Shown one piece after another: positions 27,752 through 41,735 of a stretch of DNA of 64,000 bases. This DNA is from Vezdaea acicularis (Eukaryota), in contig JAPEUI010000003.1 in NCBI GenBank assembly GCA_026025075.1, positions 248,001-312,000 on the forward strand, in the 5' to 3' direction. The translations under genes and the position numbers were made by a program. The number at the start of each line of letters is the position of its first letter. The first letter of the stretch is position 1. A model generated the notes under the pieces. That model worked only from the letters and a program-made list of their open reading frames with translations, did no database searches and was not told where the DNA came from.

Positions 27752-28421
27752 GATGCATATCATGATGCTTATCCGGATGAGGAAAAGACAGCTGTTGCGA
27801 AAATATCTGGAGCAGCAGCGCAGTACTTGAAGCACACTTCAAGGCATGCTAAGAACTGTACCTTTGGTATGGGCGCGAAAATCTGATGATCCCACGAGCA
27901 CGGTGTGAGCTACCAGAAGAGGACTGGGTCCGGTTCCTCTGAAAGTCGAGAGGGATGCTAATCTTATGGGGCTACGCTTGAGGCGGTGCTCAGACTGTTC
28001 GATGAACAGGGCAACAGGCGATTTTGTGAATTTTGATCATATCACGGACCAAGATAACATGAAACCGACAAAAAGCTAAAATGGAAGCTCCTCATAATCC
28101 TCTCGCTTCTATGCGAGTGATAAGTCCATGGAATGATGCACTCGAAACTACCGGATTGGTCAAGACATTCAGGCACTAAGGACCAATATGCCGCAACGCA
28201 TAAGAATGGACAAAGAAAAAGCGTAGTCACTGCACGCAAAGCTGTATTGTGGAGCATCGTAGCGAAAGACCCATTAGCAGGCTGATTCCAAATGCTGCAA
28301 CCCCGTTAATGCTGGTCCCAAGCGCCCTACCCATGCACTCGAGCGTCTCGTGGCCATAAATCATGTATCGTAAACATCATACAGCGCCATTGCAATGCAC
28401 GCTCCCAAGCAACCTGTGAGA

Positions 28422-31400
28422 TTACCCTGCCCTTATCTGTGCCTTTAATCCGAGGTTTTCTCTCTTCAACCTCACATTTTCCTTCTTGTATTTGAGAAGC
28501 TCATCTTGAGCCTCTTTCAATTTCTGTACAAGCTCTTTTTCCTTGTCTCCTAGCTTCATGGCGTTCATCATCTTTTGTAGCTCACCATTAAATCGATCAT
28601 ACAACATTTCATTCTCGGTGTTGGCCTCACGATAAAGTTCATCAAGTTTCTTTACCTTTCCTTCGGTCATCTTGAGAGAGGAGGCGAGGTCATCTTCGGT
28701 AGCCTTACAGCTGGTGGCCAGATTCTCGATCATGGCTGGCACATCTGTTTCAAGTTTCTTGACGCGGTTAGAAAGCTCTTGAAGTTCATTCCCAGAACGA
28801 GACGAGCCTCCAAGGCTTATCCTGGACATCTCTTGGCCTATTTTTGAGATCTCTGCTTGGAGATCGCCGCCGACATCACTAATGGCCTTCTGCTCGCTCT
28901 GTAGACGTTCTCGTAACTTTTGTGGGCTTTGTAGGCGTAGCTTTTGTGGCGAGCCAGGCACTACTTTCGGTTGCGCGTATTCGGGGTTATTTAGAGCTTG
29001 TCGCTCGTCAAGCCCTATCTTCATTGTCGGTATACCAGATAGAGTACCGTGTCCCTTCTTGCTTGACCTGAGCTCAGTAATTACTACTCCGTCTTTAGAC
29101 TGGATGTTGTGAGGTCGCTCGGCGAGTGAAGGGGGAGTGAAATGCGGCGAGTTCTCCTTGAGTTTACGAGAGTCGACTTTATAGCTTTGGTGGTACAACG
29201 GAGCCTTGACGGGTGAGGGTGTGCGTGGAGACGAGTTGATAAGAGAAGGTGGGAAGTTCGACCTTGAAGGGACGATAGCAGAAAAGGAGGGTACAGTTCG
29301 ACCGGCTTGCTGTAAGTCCGTCAAGTCAGACAGGGAACTTCTTCGTTTCTTTCTCAGAGTTGGACGAATAGATCCAGGAGTAGTATTGGGAGACCCCGCA
29401 ATAGAGGGCAGCGGAGTATTCGCTTGTGAGCTGCCAGGGCGGGTTGACTTTTCGAATGAAAAAGCTCCGAGGACAGTAGGCCGATCTTGAGAGAGAGGCC
29501 GCCTTGGTGTGACTGGTCGGGAATCCGCGTCGGACTTAGACCGCGTCAGAGAAGCATTGGATAAAACAGCCAGCCCGTTTGGTGCATTGTTACCACTGTT
29601 TGTGGCCTTACCTAAGGTTCTAAGGATCGCTCCCACCTTTGAGTCTGGATCTGCTTTGCTACTCTCTCGATTCAAGACTCCAAACCCAAAGCGCTTGCGT
29701 AATGATGATGCGTTTGAACTTAGTGATGATGCGTTGATCGAGCGAGTCTTTGTAGATGAGGACAGAGATCCAAATGCTGGCGTCATAATACCGCTGGTGG
29801 TCGCGGAGTTCACACTATCAAAAAGGTGGTCAAAATCTTCCACAAGACGGTCTAATAGTGATACGAATTGATGAGCGTTCCCGTCGTCGACTAGGAGTTC
29901 TGCAAAGGTAATGGTCAAGGCGCCCCGATCGCCGTCGTTGCCAGAGGCTTCAAGGAGATCCGAAAGGAGCTTGATGAGGGACTCGAAGGCTCTCCGATTT
30001 TGCGGGGCCATCTCCAATAAGATGGCTTTGAACGACTGTTCAAAAGCCTGTGGAAGCATTGTTCCTGATACATCTTGAATATATGACAAGGTTTGCATTC
30101 CGATGACTGGTCCCATTTGTTCTTTCCAAGCGATCTTGAGAAACTTCTCGAACGATGCCACAATGACATCGACTGAGTTCTCCGCGACAACTTGGTATCG
30201 GGACGGGTCCTCGAGCAACGCATTGTAGACTTCATTGACGCAAAGCTCATCAGCTGCTGCGCGCGATCGAAGAGTTCTCCCTACCATGTTTCCCTTCCTT
30301 GTATGCATCGAAAGCACATAAGTCCCAAAGGTCTCCTCGAGCCGTTGGAGGGTGCTGTGGGACGAGTCTACAGATTCTCCAACAATGTTCGAATCCTGCG
30401 TGGGCTCACTGACGGGCAGCCTTGTTGGGCTATCCGTTCTTAATCGTTCATTAGATGGTGGAGTGATGATAGGGGCCTCTTTCAGGACACGGCCCTTCGA
30501 TTTCACCATATTCGACTTCTCTCTGAGCGAGCCGCTGCTCGAAAGAAAATTAGAAAGGAGCTTGACAGGCGATGGCGGTCTGAACGCGCGGTGTTTCGAG
30601 TCGTCTTCTCCAGAGGAGAAGGTCAGAGACCGGAGAACCTTTCGATTGAAGGACAGGACCGCGTGAGTTAGGGACGGGTTGTCGACCTGTTCCTGCGCTT
30701 GGAATAACTTTCCGACTAATATATGTGAGTAATTTTTGGACGCCTTAGACCGAGAAACTTACTTCGATTTATCAACACAGGAAACAGGTTCTCTGGAGCG
30801 ACTGCATCACTAGAGGGGCACCCGAATATGCTTTCTGTCTCGATTATTATAAGTCCTTCCATGTCGAGCGAGATTGAAATGACGGCCTCAACTCCTTCAT
30901 GGCCAACGTTGATCACTTTTGTCCCTTTGGACTTGTCAACGACGATCTGCAGTCGCGCTGGCTTTCCCCGGGCGAGGGTCATATCGTCGACCCCTTCCTC
31001 AAAGACAGCCAAATATGCATTTAAACCTTCACTGTTATTTATCCGTCGGACAGCCCAAGAGTCTCCTTCTCGCTCCTTCTCCGAGAAGCGACCTTGTATT
31101 CTAGCTTTTGCTACTTCCTCAGTCCATCGGCCTACTTTACCCTCGTATGGCCCTTGCAGGGTGAATGCTCGGATGCAAGCCCCTTGATCGGAAGAGTAGC
31201 GTTCACGTTGAATCGTGGAGTCTGCTAGTCCGTGTGATAAAGTCACCCAGAGAGTATTTCGGTCCAAGCTTTCCGCGAACCAGATATCTTCGAGACCAAT
31301 CCAGCCACCAAATGTCAGCTCTGCAGCAGTTGACTGCCCAGGACCACCTGCTACAAAGGAGTTCACCATCTCTGCATTATTCGGACGTTCGACTTCAGCT

Positions 31401-33016
31401 AAGAGTCCTCTAGAAGTTATTGTACTATTTGTCTTTTTTCTCAATAGAATTAGATGATTCGCAAAGATCAGGAACAAACCGGCCCCCCAATCCCCTACTA
31501 CTCGGCCATCGCAATATGGAGGTGCCAGCTCCAGGAAATCGGCAGCTGCGGTGATCCGACCTGGAAATCGGAGAGATGTAGGCCAGGCAGAAACCAGCTG
31601 CTTTAGCCGGTCCACAGTACGAGTCTCCTCAGCAACAGCGGAGAGGTCTAGAGAGCAGATATCTGTGATGATATCGCGACTTCGGAGCAGCGGCTGGACC
31701 GCGGGGTGAGAACTTGGCAATAGATTAACCATGTTATCGATGTAGAGACTATATCTTGGTAATCTTTGAACTGGCTCTATCAGCATCGACTTGAGACGCT
31801 GCTCGCCAGTCTGTTGAACTCGCTGTGTAAAGCTAGAGCCGGGGCTCTTCATGAAATCCGCGAGAAATCCTGGAAATTCGTTGCTGGCACGCATGTAGTC
31901 TTGATAGGACTGAGAGAACCGTGGGAACCAATTCGTCAAAGCATTTGAGAATGCTTGGATCCCGACACCATCGAATTGAGCTGCTACTGTTCTGCCAATC
32001 CGGACCCCATTTGCAAGCTCCGTATCAATTTGCACGTCTTTACTAGCTTCGCTCTCGGTCTCGTCCATGATTTGCATCATCGTGGCCAAAAATTGGGAGT
32101 TCACTCGAAGGATACTGTCCAAACTTGGCGGGAAAAGTCTAGCAAGACCTTTAGCTGTGGGGCTAGAACTTCCCGGTCCCCGAGAGTCGGCCTTGTGACG
32201 GAAGTCTGCCGCAATGTTGTTCACCAGCTCACGAAGTTTATTGACATAGCGCTCTTCGGTTTGGACGAACTCTGACATCTCTCGCCTTAATGATACCTTT
32301 TGATTCCGGAGAAACGACTTGCTTCGATTTAGACTGCTAGGTTTGGAAGGCGCGCGCCGAAGCTTTGATGTCGGGAGAAAAGCCGGGGCGCCCAGAAGTC
32401 CTATGAGAGAAGCGTAATATCCATATATTTCTAGTGGATCTTCAACACCATCTGGGAGTCGAATAAGTTTCTTGGCTATAGACCCGGTCGGAAGCACAAC
32501 ATCTACATCGATAACAGATATGCACTTTTGGCTAAGAGCAGTATTCAGGTCGCGTATAACGTCGCACATGTTGTCAATTCTGATCATTTTGCTAATAAGT
32601 TCGGCCGCGTGCGCTTCATTAAACAAAGCTGAAGCCGGACTGCCAGGCCTTCGTTGATCTTGGGCAGCACCTTTTGCTAAGGCATCCCTGATGTGCTCCT
32701 TGGTATCCAGAAAATGTTTGTATAGGCCGACAGCAAGACCACGGCGTACTTCATCCCCTTGCTGGTTGTGAGGTAAATAGTTGACGACATTGTAGAGGGG
32801 AGAAGTCGGCGCAACTGTAATGCGTGGGAAAGATTGAAAACCCGCTGCGGAATAGATATGTATCTGAATACGAGAACTGCTCAGAGATGAATTAGTTGTG
32901 GTTGAAGCCCCATGAAAGATGATGACTGGGGAGTTGGCCAGCAGAGGGTCCGTGGTGTAGTAAAGAGCAAGGATGTCCTGTGACAGCACTGGGGCAGGCT
33001 GTCCAATCGGTATCAT
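28422..33016 (-). CDS. Rho guanine nucleotide exchange factor (DH domain, Gef2-like) with C-terminal coiled coil; intron 30716-30762
   Basis: DH motifs EFVQTEERYVNKL and LKSMLIEPVQRLPRYSL; the 766-aa and 695-aa ORFs are joined by a 47-nt GT-AG intron; heptad-rich C terminus. Confidence 0.88.
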
Positions 33017-33519
33017 TTTGATCGGATGGACGCCAGAGGAAACAGTGCTTTCAGGACAACGAGTGCTTCAATTGAGAATCTCCATTTCTTTACAGATGGA
33101 AAGGTTCCGTGGATATGGATTCGACTGGTTGAACGCGGTCGTACTGCAAGTCCACGAGCGTAAACAAACCAAAGCAACGCGAAGCAGAAGTCAATTGCAG
33201 TCGCGAGCTTCGCGCAAATGCCTTGAAGATGTTAAACAGGAGGTTATGTCGAAGTAAGACTTAATTACGTAATTGAGCGACCCGATTGAATGGACATGCC
33301 TCCATATGAAGTATCCGGAAGAGTTTGATGGATAATGGCTATCTGCGAGGGGGTTCAGAGGACGAGCCTAGCCAATCGGAGTGTTGTATCGGCCCGGGAG
33401 ATCCTCCGAGATCTCGGCTTGTCGCGTCTAACCATGACGCACCTCGCTTCCCAGGATCAATTTTCCCTTGCGGGCGAGTCCAACAAAAAGAAGATTCTAA
33501 GTTTTCGAATGAAGGGGTC

Positions 33520-34774
33520 ATGGCCACTCAAGGTAGTAACGAAATCGATATCCAGTTCTCACACTCTCAGCAAGGCTTCCGTCTTCTGGAGTTGCCTGCG
33601 AGCTTGCTCAAGGTTGTTCGCTCCGGTACCTGTGTAAGGTAAAGGGTCAAGTCAACCCAAGTATTTTCGAAGTTTCTGACGACCCACATCGATAGTTTAG
33701 ATATTAAGTCTGCTTCCAACCTCTCAACGCGAAATGCTAGCCCCTCAATGCCACATCATGCCGTCCTGTGCACGGAAAGCCAAACATTTGAGATTCGCCA
33801 GGTCCAATCGTCAAACTCTCTTTTCTTAGTCGAATCACCACAAGTGGATTTAAATTCAGAGTTCAAGGACACTCCTCCCAATGTCTCAATAATAGGTTCG
33901 TCAAGGGCCACCCTTGAACTCCTCCCCACAGCCCCACCATCAAATGTTTTGCTTAGAAGCGCCACTACAACCTGGGAGCGGGCGGTCAGTGATCGAGAGG
34001 ATCAATCTGGAGTCCTATCGTCTTCACCTCCGGGATTCGACAAGAGAAGCAAATCTGAGACCTTTGAGAGTATTCCTATTTCTCGAGGAGAATTCGACCA
34101 AGCTTGGAGTGAGTGTGGCGCGTTCGAGGAAGAGGGCGTGGCATATTTACCATCAGCGGAGGCTTTACTGGGCACTTGGAAGGCTGTCTTATCTACGGCA
34201 ATCACTCAGGGTGTTGACCTAGATTCCAGGATCGGTGTTGAAGAACTATGGGCTGATATGTCTGATGATGGCTACCCTAGGGCGCTGGTTGATGCAGTCA
34301 TCGCTCGACTAAGTGTAGCTACGAATGGGAAACCAAATAGCAGTATGCAAACTTGTCATCTTACTCCTCTCTCAATTGAGACGCAAAGCTGAGTGCTTCA
34401 ATTAGGTCCATCAATTGACAAAATGATGTGTATAGCCTGGGTAGGCGGGCTTGTCCTACAGACGCCAAAGGTCCAAACAGAACCTTGGTCCATATCAGGT
34501 TTCTTAGAAAAGTGGCGGGACTCCTTACCAGAGCCATGGACATCCCAGATTTCTTTAGATTTGCTCAAAGTATGACTATTTGAGTTCTCCTTTGATCGAC
34601 ACTGACCTTATGGACTTGTAGGTCCCTTGGGCGCAGCCAAAGAAAGACTACATTCAGTACCTGGAGTATCTGCCGGGTATCGCGTTGACTGATCAGCGCC
34701 CTAACGTAACTGTCAACAAGAGTACATCAAGCTCGCGAAAATGGCATGACAGGTTCCGTACCGCCGGAAAGTAA
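33520..34774 (+). CDS. DCC1: Sister chromatid cohesion protein Dcc1 (Ctf18-RFC), 4 exons
   Basis: FRLLELPASLL, AVLCTESQTFEIRQVQSSNSL, FLEKWRDSLPEPW, C-terminal RKWHDRF. Confidence 0.9.
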
Positions 34775-34849
34775 TATGACTAAGCCACCAGGTACGCCTC
34801 CTATTTATCACTATATCAATCAACTTCCACGCTACTTCAATGTGAGCTC

Positions 34850-36182
34850 TCAACACCAGCAATATTTCTCATTGGCCACCCATTCGATGTCACACCAGGT
34901 CGTACTTTTTGGAGAAGCATCAGATGCAGTAGGATACCACATTAGGCTTGTGATGCTTTCCTCTTCGCGCTCGACAAATTGAACTCGCGCTGTGCTTGAA
35001 CCAGACGAGGAGGAACGCAGAATGCGCTGACCGGCGCTCTGAACGACCTGAGTGGGGTTCCAAATTTGGACGTCATGCATGTGCCATTTGGAAGCTTCAG
35101 CCTCCGCTGCCAAGAGCAAAGCCAATACCTTCGAGGTTTGCTCCTCGAAGAGAAGCTTGCTCTGTGCTGTCGTCGCAGCGCCAGGAGCTTCTCCAAACTC
35201 TATGCCATCTTCCACCACAAGGCGGAGAATGTACAGCGTATTCTTTTGAGACTTTTCCATATGCTTCTGGGATCCAGTACTCAACCATACACGAGTCCAG
35301 ATACACCATGCTCTCCTACCAGGTACTTCGCCGATAATCGCTCCTTTAATCTCGGGCTTTCGACCAAATAATTCCTGTCCAAGCAGTTCTTCTCGACTGT
35401 GGTGCCAGTCCATAATCGCTCCATCAGGTACAATTGCTACGTCTATTTTCTTGGCCGGTTTTACAGCTAAATGTTCTCTTACGAGCTTCGCATCACTTGC
35501 GCATAGCTCATGCAAAAACTGGCTTGTAAGAGGCTTGGTTTCGGGTGACTCCTTCGCATATGCGCTGTCGCCCATCACTTGTATGGACATGTGGCTCGAT
35601 GGAAACGGGTGCCAGCCATGTTTTGCATAAAAGATCTAAATTATCAGCACCCCAATTGTCTCTCTATCGTCTTCTACATATGCATACCTTGCCGATATCA
35701 CTAAAGAGGACACTAAACTTGCAGATCTCATCAATTTCGTCAGTATTGAGCTGCCAGTGTTCTAATATCTTCCCCAGTTCATTCAGCATGCGACTTGCAT
35801 ACCCACGTTTCCGCACTGCTGGTGGGCAGAAGACGCTCCCAATGCGATGTGTCACTACTTCTTGCACTGTTCTCCCAGAGGATGTGTCATAAGCTATCAG
35901 CGCCTTGTTCTTCACTGACTCACATGCCGCCAATAGAGGGCGATCGCCTGGCTTTGAACCGGACGAAGTCAAGATCCAAAAAGTCAAACTCGTTTTAGCG
36001 AGGGGAGTGCTGGCCAGCGTTCTCTCTCGTCGAAGGTAGGCTGGTAAATCTAGAGGCCCCTTCCATTCAGGAGCATTAAGTCGCCAAATCTGCTCTTTCT
36101 CACTGTCGGTGGGTTGAGTAAGGATCAGATCAGAAGATTGTGAGGACGGAAGATTAGAGGTTTCGATAGAGGTAGAAGTCAT
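34850..36182 (-). CDS. GNAT-family acetyltransferase (LYC1-like lysine acetyltransferase), 2 exons
   Basis: WKGPLDLPAYLRRE, IGSVFCPPAVRKRGYASRML (acetyl-CoA motif), SVLFSDIGK|IFYAKHGW, ends WVANEKYCWC. Confidence 0.85.
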
Positions 36183-37244
36183 CGCGAATTACCCTATAGG
36201 TGAAGCTGCACAATACCACTTGTGGTTATATCAGGTCTTTATCTTAAAGGCTGGTGGAGACGTATCAACGCTTCCATCTGTAAGGAAATATATGTGAATG
36301 GCTTGCGAGAAAAGCTACCCGGAGAAGCCAAACTATTATTCAAATACTCTGTAACCGTGCAGTCGCAAACGTAGTTGCAAGCAATTACTATTGGCAATTT
36401 GGTCCATCATGTGCTCTTTCAGAGCGTTAACCCATGACTTCTACATTTCGTAGTGGGGGATCAACGATTCGCCGATGGTAAGCGTGCCGAGGCCACTATC
36501 TTCAGCCTTCCGGCTAGTGTAGCCTATCCGTTATCCTTGTCGGCGCTACTGTCGTCTAAAGCTCCCGATGCAGGAATGCGAGTTTTTAGCATCAGCCTCA
36601 TCTTCGGCAGAGAGATGGGGAGAAGGCCCGTGAGCATCGTGAACGACCGGACGAGATTTGTGTTCACCATGGCTAACGCCTTTCTTCCTCTGCTCAGCCT
36701 CTTTCTTCTTGTCCCCCATAAGTGCAGAGTTTGACTTGATGGTGTTGCCCAAGACATTTGGACTTTTGCCCTTTGTAAGGCTGTCGACACACTCATGCTT
36801 CGCAACCGTCTTTTCAGATACCCAATTGAGCACCACATTGGACCGTGTGTGGATTGGATACTCATCACATCCAGCGCTGCCTTGGATACTTTCAAGTCTA
36901 TCACTTCTTCGTCGGAGTTGCTTTGTTTTTCTTTAACGTGTGTTGTGTGTTGTTCAATCACTGTCCTTTGATCCCGCAGAAGCCTTCAGTGCTTTGACCA
37001 CCGGCCAGCTGAACAGAAAGTGCTGGGCTCCATAGGCTCAAGCAGTGAAACACACCCTCTGCACCTCAACTCAACTATTTCGCCGACGCGGTTGAATTCA
37101 TTTCTGTCTTGCAGATTTTGATTTCAAATCCATACTTCCAAACTGTAGACCTATTTCGAAAGCTACATAAATCCCAACCAGTGATCGAATCATGTTTTAG
37201 AATTCCAGTCTTCGAATTTCTCATCTCCAATACCTGGCACCGCA

Positions 37245-40200
37245 ATGGCTCAGGAATGGAAAAATAATGGTCCTGTGCCGCCTAATGGCACATTTGGCTA
37301 TAATTTTGAGAATGGCGAACAAGCCCTAAATGCATTCGCTATGGACGATGCTGTATTTGATGAATTCCTTCGAGAGGGTTTTGACGATGATCTGGAGATT
37401 CTACCAAATGCTCTTGGCGGCGCCCGTGGAGCCTTGGAAGCCATAGTCGGTGAGTCGTTATCAGCGGGGCCAGTAGAGCCTAAGGGTCAAGATGAGGTCA
37501 TCGTCATTCCCGATGATGACAATGAGGAAAGCCCCTTCCTAGGCGAGCAAAGGTTTGCTGTTTCAGCTTATGGTACACATTTCCTTCCAGACCAGTTGCT
37601 TCGTGACAAGGCGCAGCATCCCATACATCTGGAGCAACTCTGTCTAAACAAGGTGCTGGAAATATTTCCAGATATTTGCAGAGAATACGCAAAGGATCTT
37701 CTAAAAGCTCATGGGGTCAATCAAGACTATTCTCAGAAGGTGATCGACACGATTCTAGACCATGGGAAATATCCGAAAGAACGGGACACAAAGAAAGATC
37801 TAAAACGCAAGCGAGAAGAGCGGGAGAACACGATGTCCTGCCTTGCTACAGCAAAGAATGCTAAACTGGATGAAGAAGATGGTGCTATGTGTGAATGGTA
37901 AGTAAACACCGTTTCATTTAATATCCGCTTCCAGAACGTTTCTTCAAGAGCGACGATAACTAGAGATCTCTTATGATACAACAAACAACTGCTTACCTGA
38001 AATATTGCTGCAATACTTGCTCCATATTTGAACAAAATATTTCAATCCTCAACAAAGATCCCGCGAAAAAGGGGGGTCTTGGCGATTTATCGATCTTCAT
38101 GTTAAACTCGATGTGCCTGTATGTCGCTAACTAGTTTCACAGCAAGTGCTGCTATTCAGAGTATAAATTCAGTGAAGTCACTCATTGCGGAGGAGAAGTG
38201 ATTCACTTCTTTTGCCTTGATTGCGCTCGAAGATATGCGGAAAACGAGATGGGGTTGTCGCGATGGAGGTTGACTTGCATCGACCCAAGTGGATGCAAGG
38301 CGCCCTTTGAAAGGAGTGAGATAAACCGCTTTCTTTCTCGAAAGAGCACACAGATACTTGACCGTCTTCAGCAACAGGAGGAGCTAAGTGCCGCTGGACT
38401 TGAAGGTCTCACCAGTTGTCCCTTTTGTGACTTCTCCGGCATATGCGAGTCTGTGGATATTGATAAGGAGTTTCGTTGCATGAATCCTGAATGCGAGAAA
38501 ATCAGTTGTCGCCTGTGCTTGAAGGAGACTCATGTCCCTTTAACTTGCGACCAACACGAGAAGGATTCGAAGTTGGATGTTCGGCACGCGGTCGAAGAAG
38601 CAATGAGTGAAGCACTTTTTAGGAAATGCAGGTAAGTCAACATATGCACAATGCTTTGGAAATCACTCATACCTTACTTAGCAAATGCGGGAAGAAATAT
38701 ATCAAAGAGCATGGATGCAATAAAATGACATGTCCTAGCTGCAGGACGGTTCAATGGTGTGGACCCCTATCCTCTTGTAGCTCTGTTGCCTGCTTACAAT
38801 AGCATCCATAGTTATATCTGCTCTGCAGTTCTTGATCCCGTAGCCGGGTACAATCACTTCAATGATACCACTCGGGGAGGGAAAAAGGATGGCTGTGCTC
38901 TATTCGACGATAGCGAAAAGCGCCATAATGAAAATGTGGCAGCAGCTGAGAAGGCCGCCATCGCCAAAATACAAACTGACAATCCTGAATTGAGCGAAGA
39001 AGAGCTGAGAGTCAAGCTCTCGAAGAGAGTTGCGGATGATGAGGCTAAAAGACTCAAGGAGTCGGCCAAGACCAACGCCCGTATGGGTATAGGTCGTGCC
39101 CTTCCTGGGGGGGTGAATGGAGAAGTAGCGCGGCGTAGGGTCTTAGAAGAGCGGCATAGGGCTGTAGCGGCCCCTGCGTATCCACATCCCGTACAATGGG
39201 TTTACGAACAACCTGCTCCTCCTCTTCCGGTTATGGAAGAAGCAAAAAACCCAGATGGCCAATTCGCCCTCGACCATTTTATGGGTATGGCGGATGCAAA
39301 CCTTGACTACCTGCTCGGTCTCGATCTGGACCAAGAAGTCCCCGCTATCCCTGTAGCCATGCCCGTCGGTCTGAATGCCATGCGCCAAGCCGCTGAGCTA
39401 GAGGGCCAAGTTCCGCTCCATATTCGTCAACAGGGTCAACAGCAAATAGGAGCACTGATAGATCCATTACCCCGAATGGACGCTCAGCAGCAGCTGGACT
39501 TCCAAACCCGCTTCGAGCGACTAGCCGCGCTTCGTGTTGAACATGAGGCAAAGCAATTACTTGAGAGAAAACATACTGTGCAGCGAGCCAGAGGCAGAGC
39601 CAATCAGCGTCCAGGTGAGATTATTGACTACAAGAAGCATGGATTCAATACTCCTGGAGAACGAGAAGCTAGACTCCAAGCGACGAAAGATCGAATCGAC
39701 GGATACAAGCCACCAAACGACCAGGCACATGCCGACAACTTGGGCGAAGTCCGAGCACTTTTAGCACCAACTAGAGACAAAAAGCAGCGACAGGTTGACC
39801 GTCGAGCTCCAGACCAAGCCTCACGATTCAAACCAGCTCGAATGCTTGCAAATCTTCAACAACTAGTCCACCATCCAGGCCAAGGACAGGTCAATGGTCC
39901 AGATCCACAACAAGCCTCTCGCGCTCAGGCACCAGTCGATCAGCAATTAGTTCCCCCCGCCGGAAGGGCTGGATATAACGTCTACAACGAACCAATGCCC
40001 CAACCTGATGGACGCCTGCCTCATCTACCTGCTACACTCAATCTATCCCCAGACGCCCGTGCTCGTTACATAGCGCACCCGTCCTCGTTTCCCCCAGTTC
40101 CGGCTCTAAACACCGCTTCAGCCACAAGTGTCCACGCAGGCGCGGGTGCTGTTCTCGGTCCAGGTGTAGCCATCGGGCCGGGCGTCAATTTTGGTGAAAT

Positions 40201-40333
40201 CCCCCATCTTCAGCGTCAGGCTTCGCAGCAGCAGCGAGAACGGCTCTACGAACACATGGGCATGATGCGACCGTCGATGAACGAGCGCTTGCATATTCCT
40301 GGACGGCGGGGAGAGGGTCCAGCGGGACCTTAG
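37245..40333 (+). CDS. RBR (RING-IBR-RING) E3 ubiquitin ligase, RNF216/TRIAD3-like; start could be 37192 or 37245
   Basis: Spliced RING1 CEC|KCCYSE..HC..HFFCLDC, IBR CPFC..CMNPEC..CRLC..HVPLTC, RING2 KC..IKEHGCNKMTCPSC..CYIC; introns 37898-38142, ~38632-38681, ~38757-38810. Confidence 0.88.
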
Positions 40334-41735
40334 CTAATTGACATGGTCGAATACGTCGGTTTGATCTTCGTATGATGGCATGGTGGGTACGGATTGGTAT
40401 ATTGCATGTTTAGGTATCATGATACCCTTCGACTTGGCAACACTTATATTGGGAGGAAAGTGGATGGAAATGGTATGGAGTCAGCGACAGGCTTGCTTCT
40501 GGCGGTTTGCACTGGTGATTGGCAGGCGTCCTTTCGGCGTTTTGCTTTCCTGGACAACAGCCACAATAGGCGGCGAAAGATGGCGAAAGGCAAGGGCAGT
40601 CCAACAAAATGTGCAATGGTGCTGGATAGATGGGAATAGAAAGGCTTTTCATGATCTTCCTGTGCTAGAAGTGACGTGATATATTATATGTGTGTTACTA
40701 TGCTAGGTCTAAGACGGCCGCCGCACCAGTACAACACATCGTTGTGACGGATAAGTCATGGCCAATAATTCAATATTAGACGGGAGATCACGCCCTTCGG
40801 TATCTCATGGCGATTCTATGGAATGCATCTGTCCAGTACAAGACTAGGTGCGTATGAACTCTTGGCTGGATTGGCGTTTCAACGTCCAAAACTTCATCCA
40901 ATGAGCCAGACGAAGCTAGGACTTGGAGCTGTAGAACGCTGCGCCAACCCGGCACAACGTGATTCACTATGAACATTATCGCGGGGAAGCGCTGCGGCAA
41001 CAATCCCCAGTATTCAATGGGATATAGACATCTATTGAAAAATATGAATATCTGTACCTTGAGCCTGGAAGAGATTTGGTGATGACTTTCCTCGAAGGTG
41101 TAGACGCAGCAGCCGCTAAGCGCGGTGATGAACATTGAGTGGCCTGAGTAACGACTGACGCGTATCTAACGTCCCACATCGGACTACCGACGACATCGAG
41201 TCCTTGATGAACGGGCAATTAAACGACAACACTGCAAACTTGGTCTTGAACTGCGCGGCTTCTTTTTTTCATTAAGTGTGCATGAAATTCGATACGATCT
41301 TCATTCGCCCTTTGATTGTGCATAAAGAAGGATAGAGCTTTGCGCCACGTACGCCTTTTTGACGGTGATGTTCAACCTTACCGCATGATCTTGATGAACG
41401 TAAGCTGACTGTGACTGTAGGTGGGCTCAGACTACGATCTGAGGGCATCAGTAGCCTCAGCTTTGGTAGCATTTGAAGAGATCGAAGGGCAGTGTCATAA
41501 GGTTGAACGTTCGAGGTACAGGGATTTGGGTTAAAGCGAGTGGTGATTTATTTAGGAGAACTTGGGTGAAGAAGACATATTAGTGCGCTCGAAAAGCATC
41601 AAGTGCGGCGAGTCAGGAATTGAGTCGACCTGCGGACGCTGGCGGACTCGAAGGTCCGAGGAATACGGGCTGTTATCGACGGCAGCGACCTCCAATAGAT
41701 AAGAACCCTCAGCCAAAAACGACGAGGTGCTCGAG

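Noticed and set aside
36453..36961. Short ORFs between the LYC1-like and RBR genes
   Set aside because: No motifs, no consistent splice model, non-ATG starts
40788..41472. Minus-strand short ORFs, possible decayed gene
   Set aside because: No recognisable homology or TIR/LTR structure
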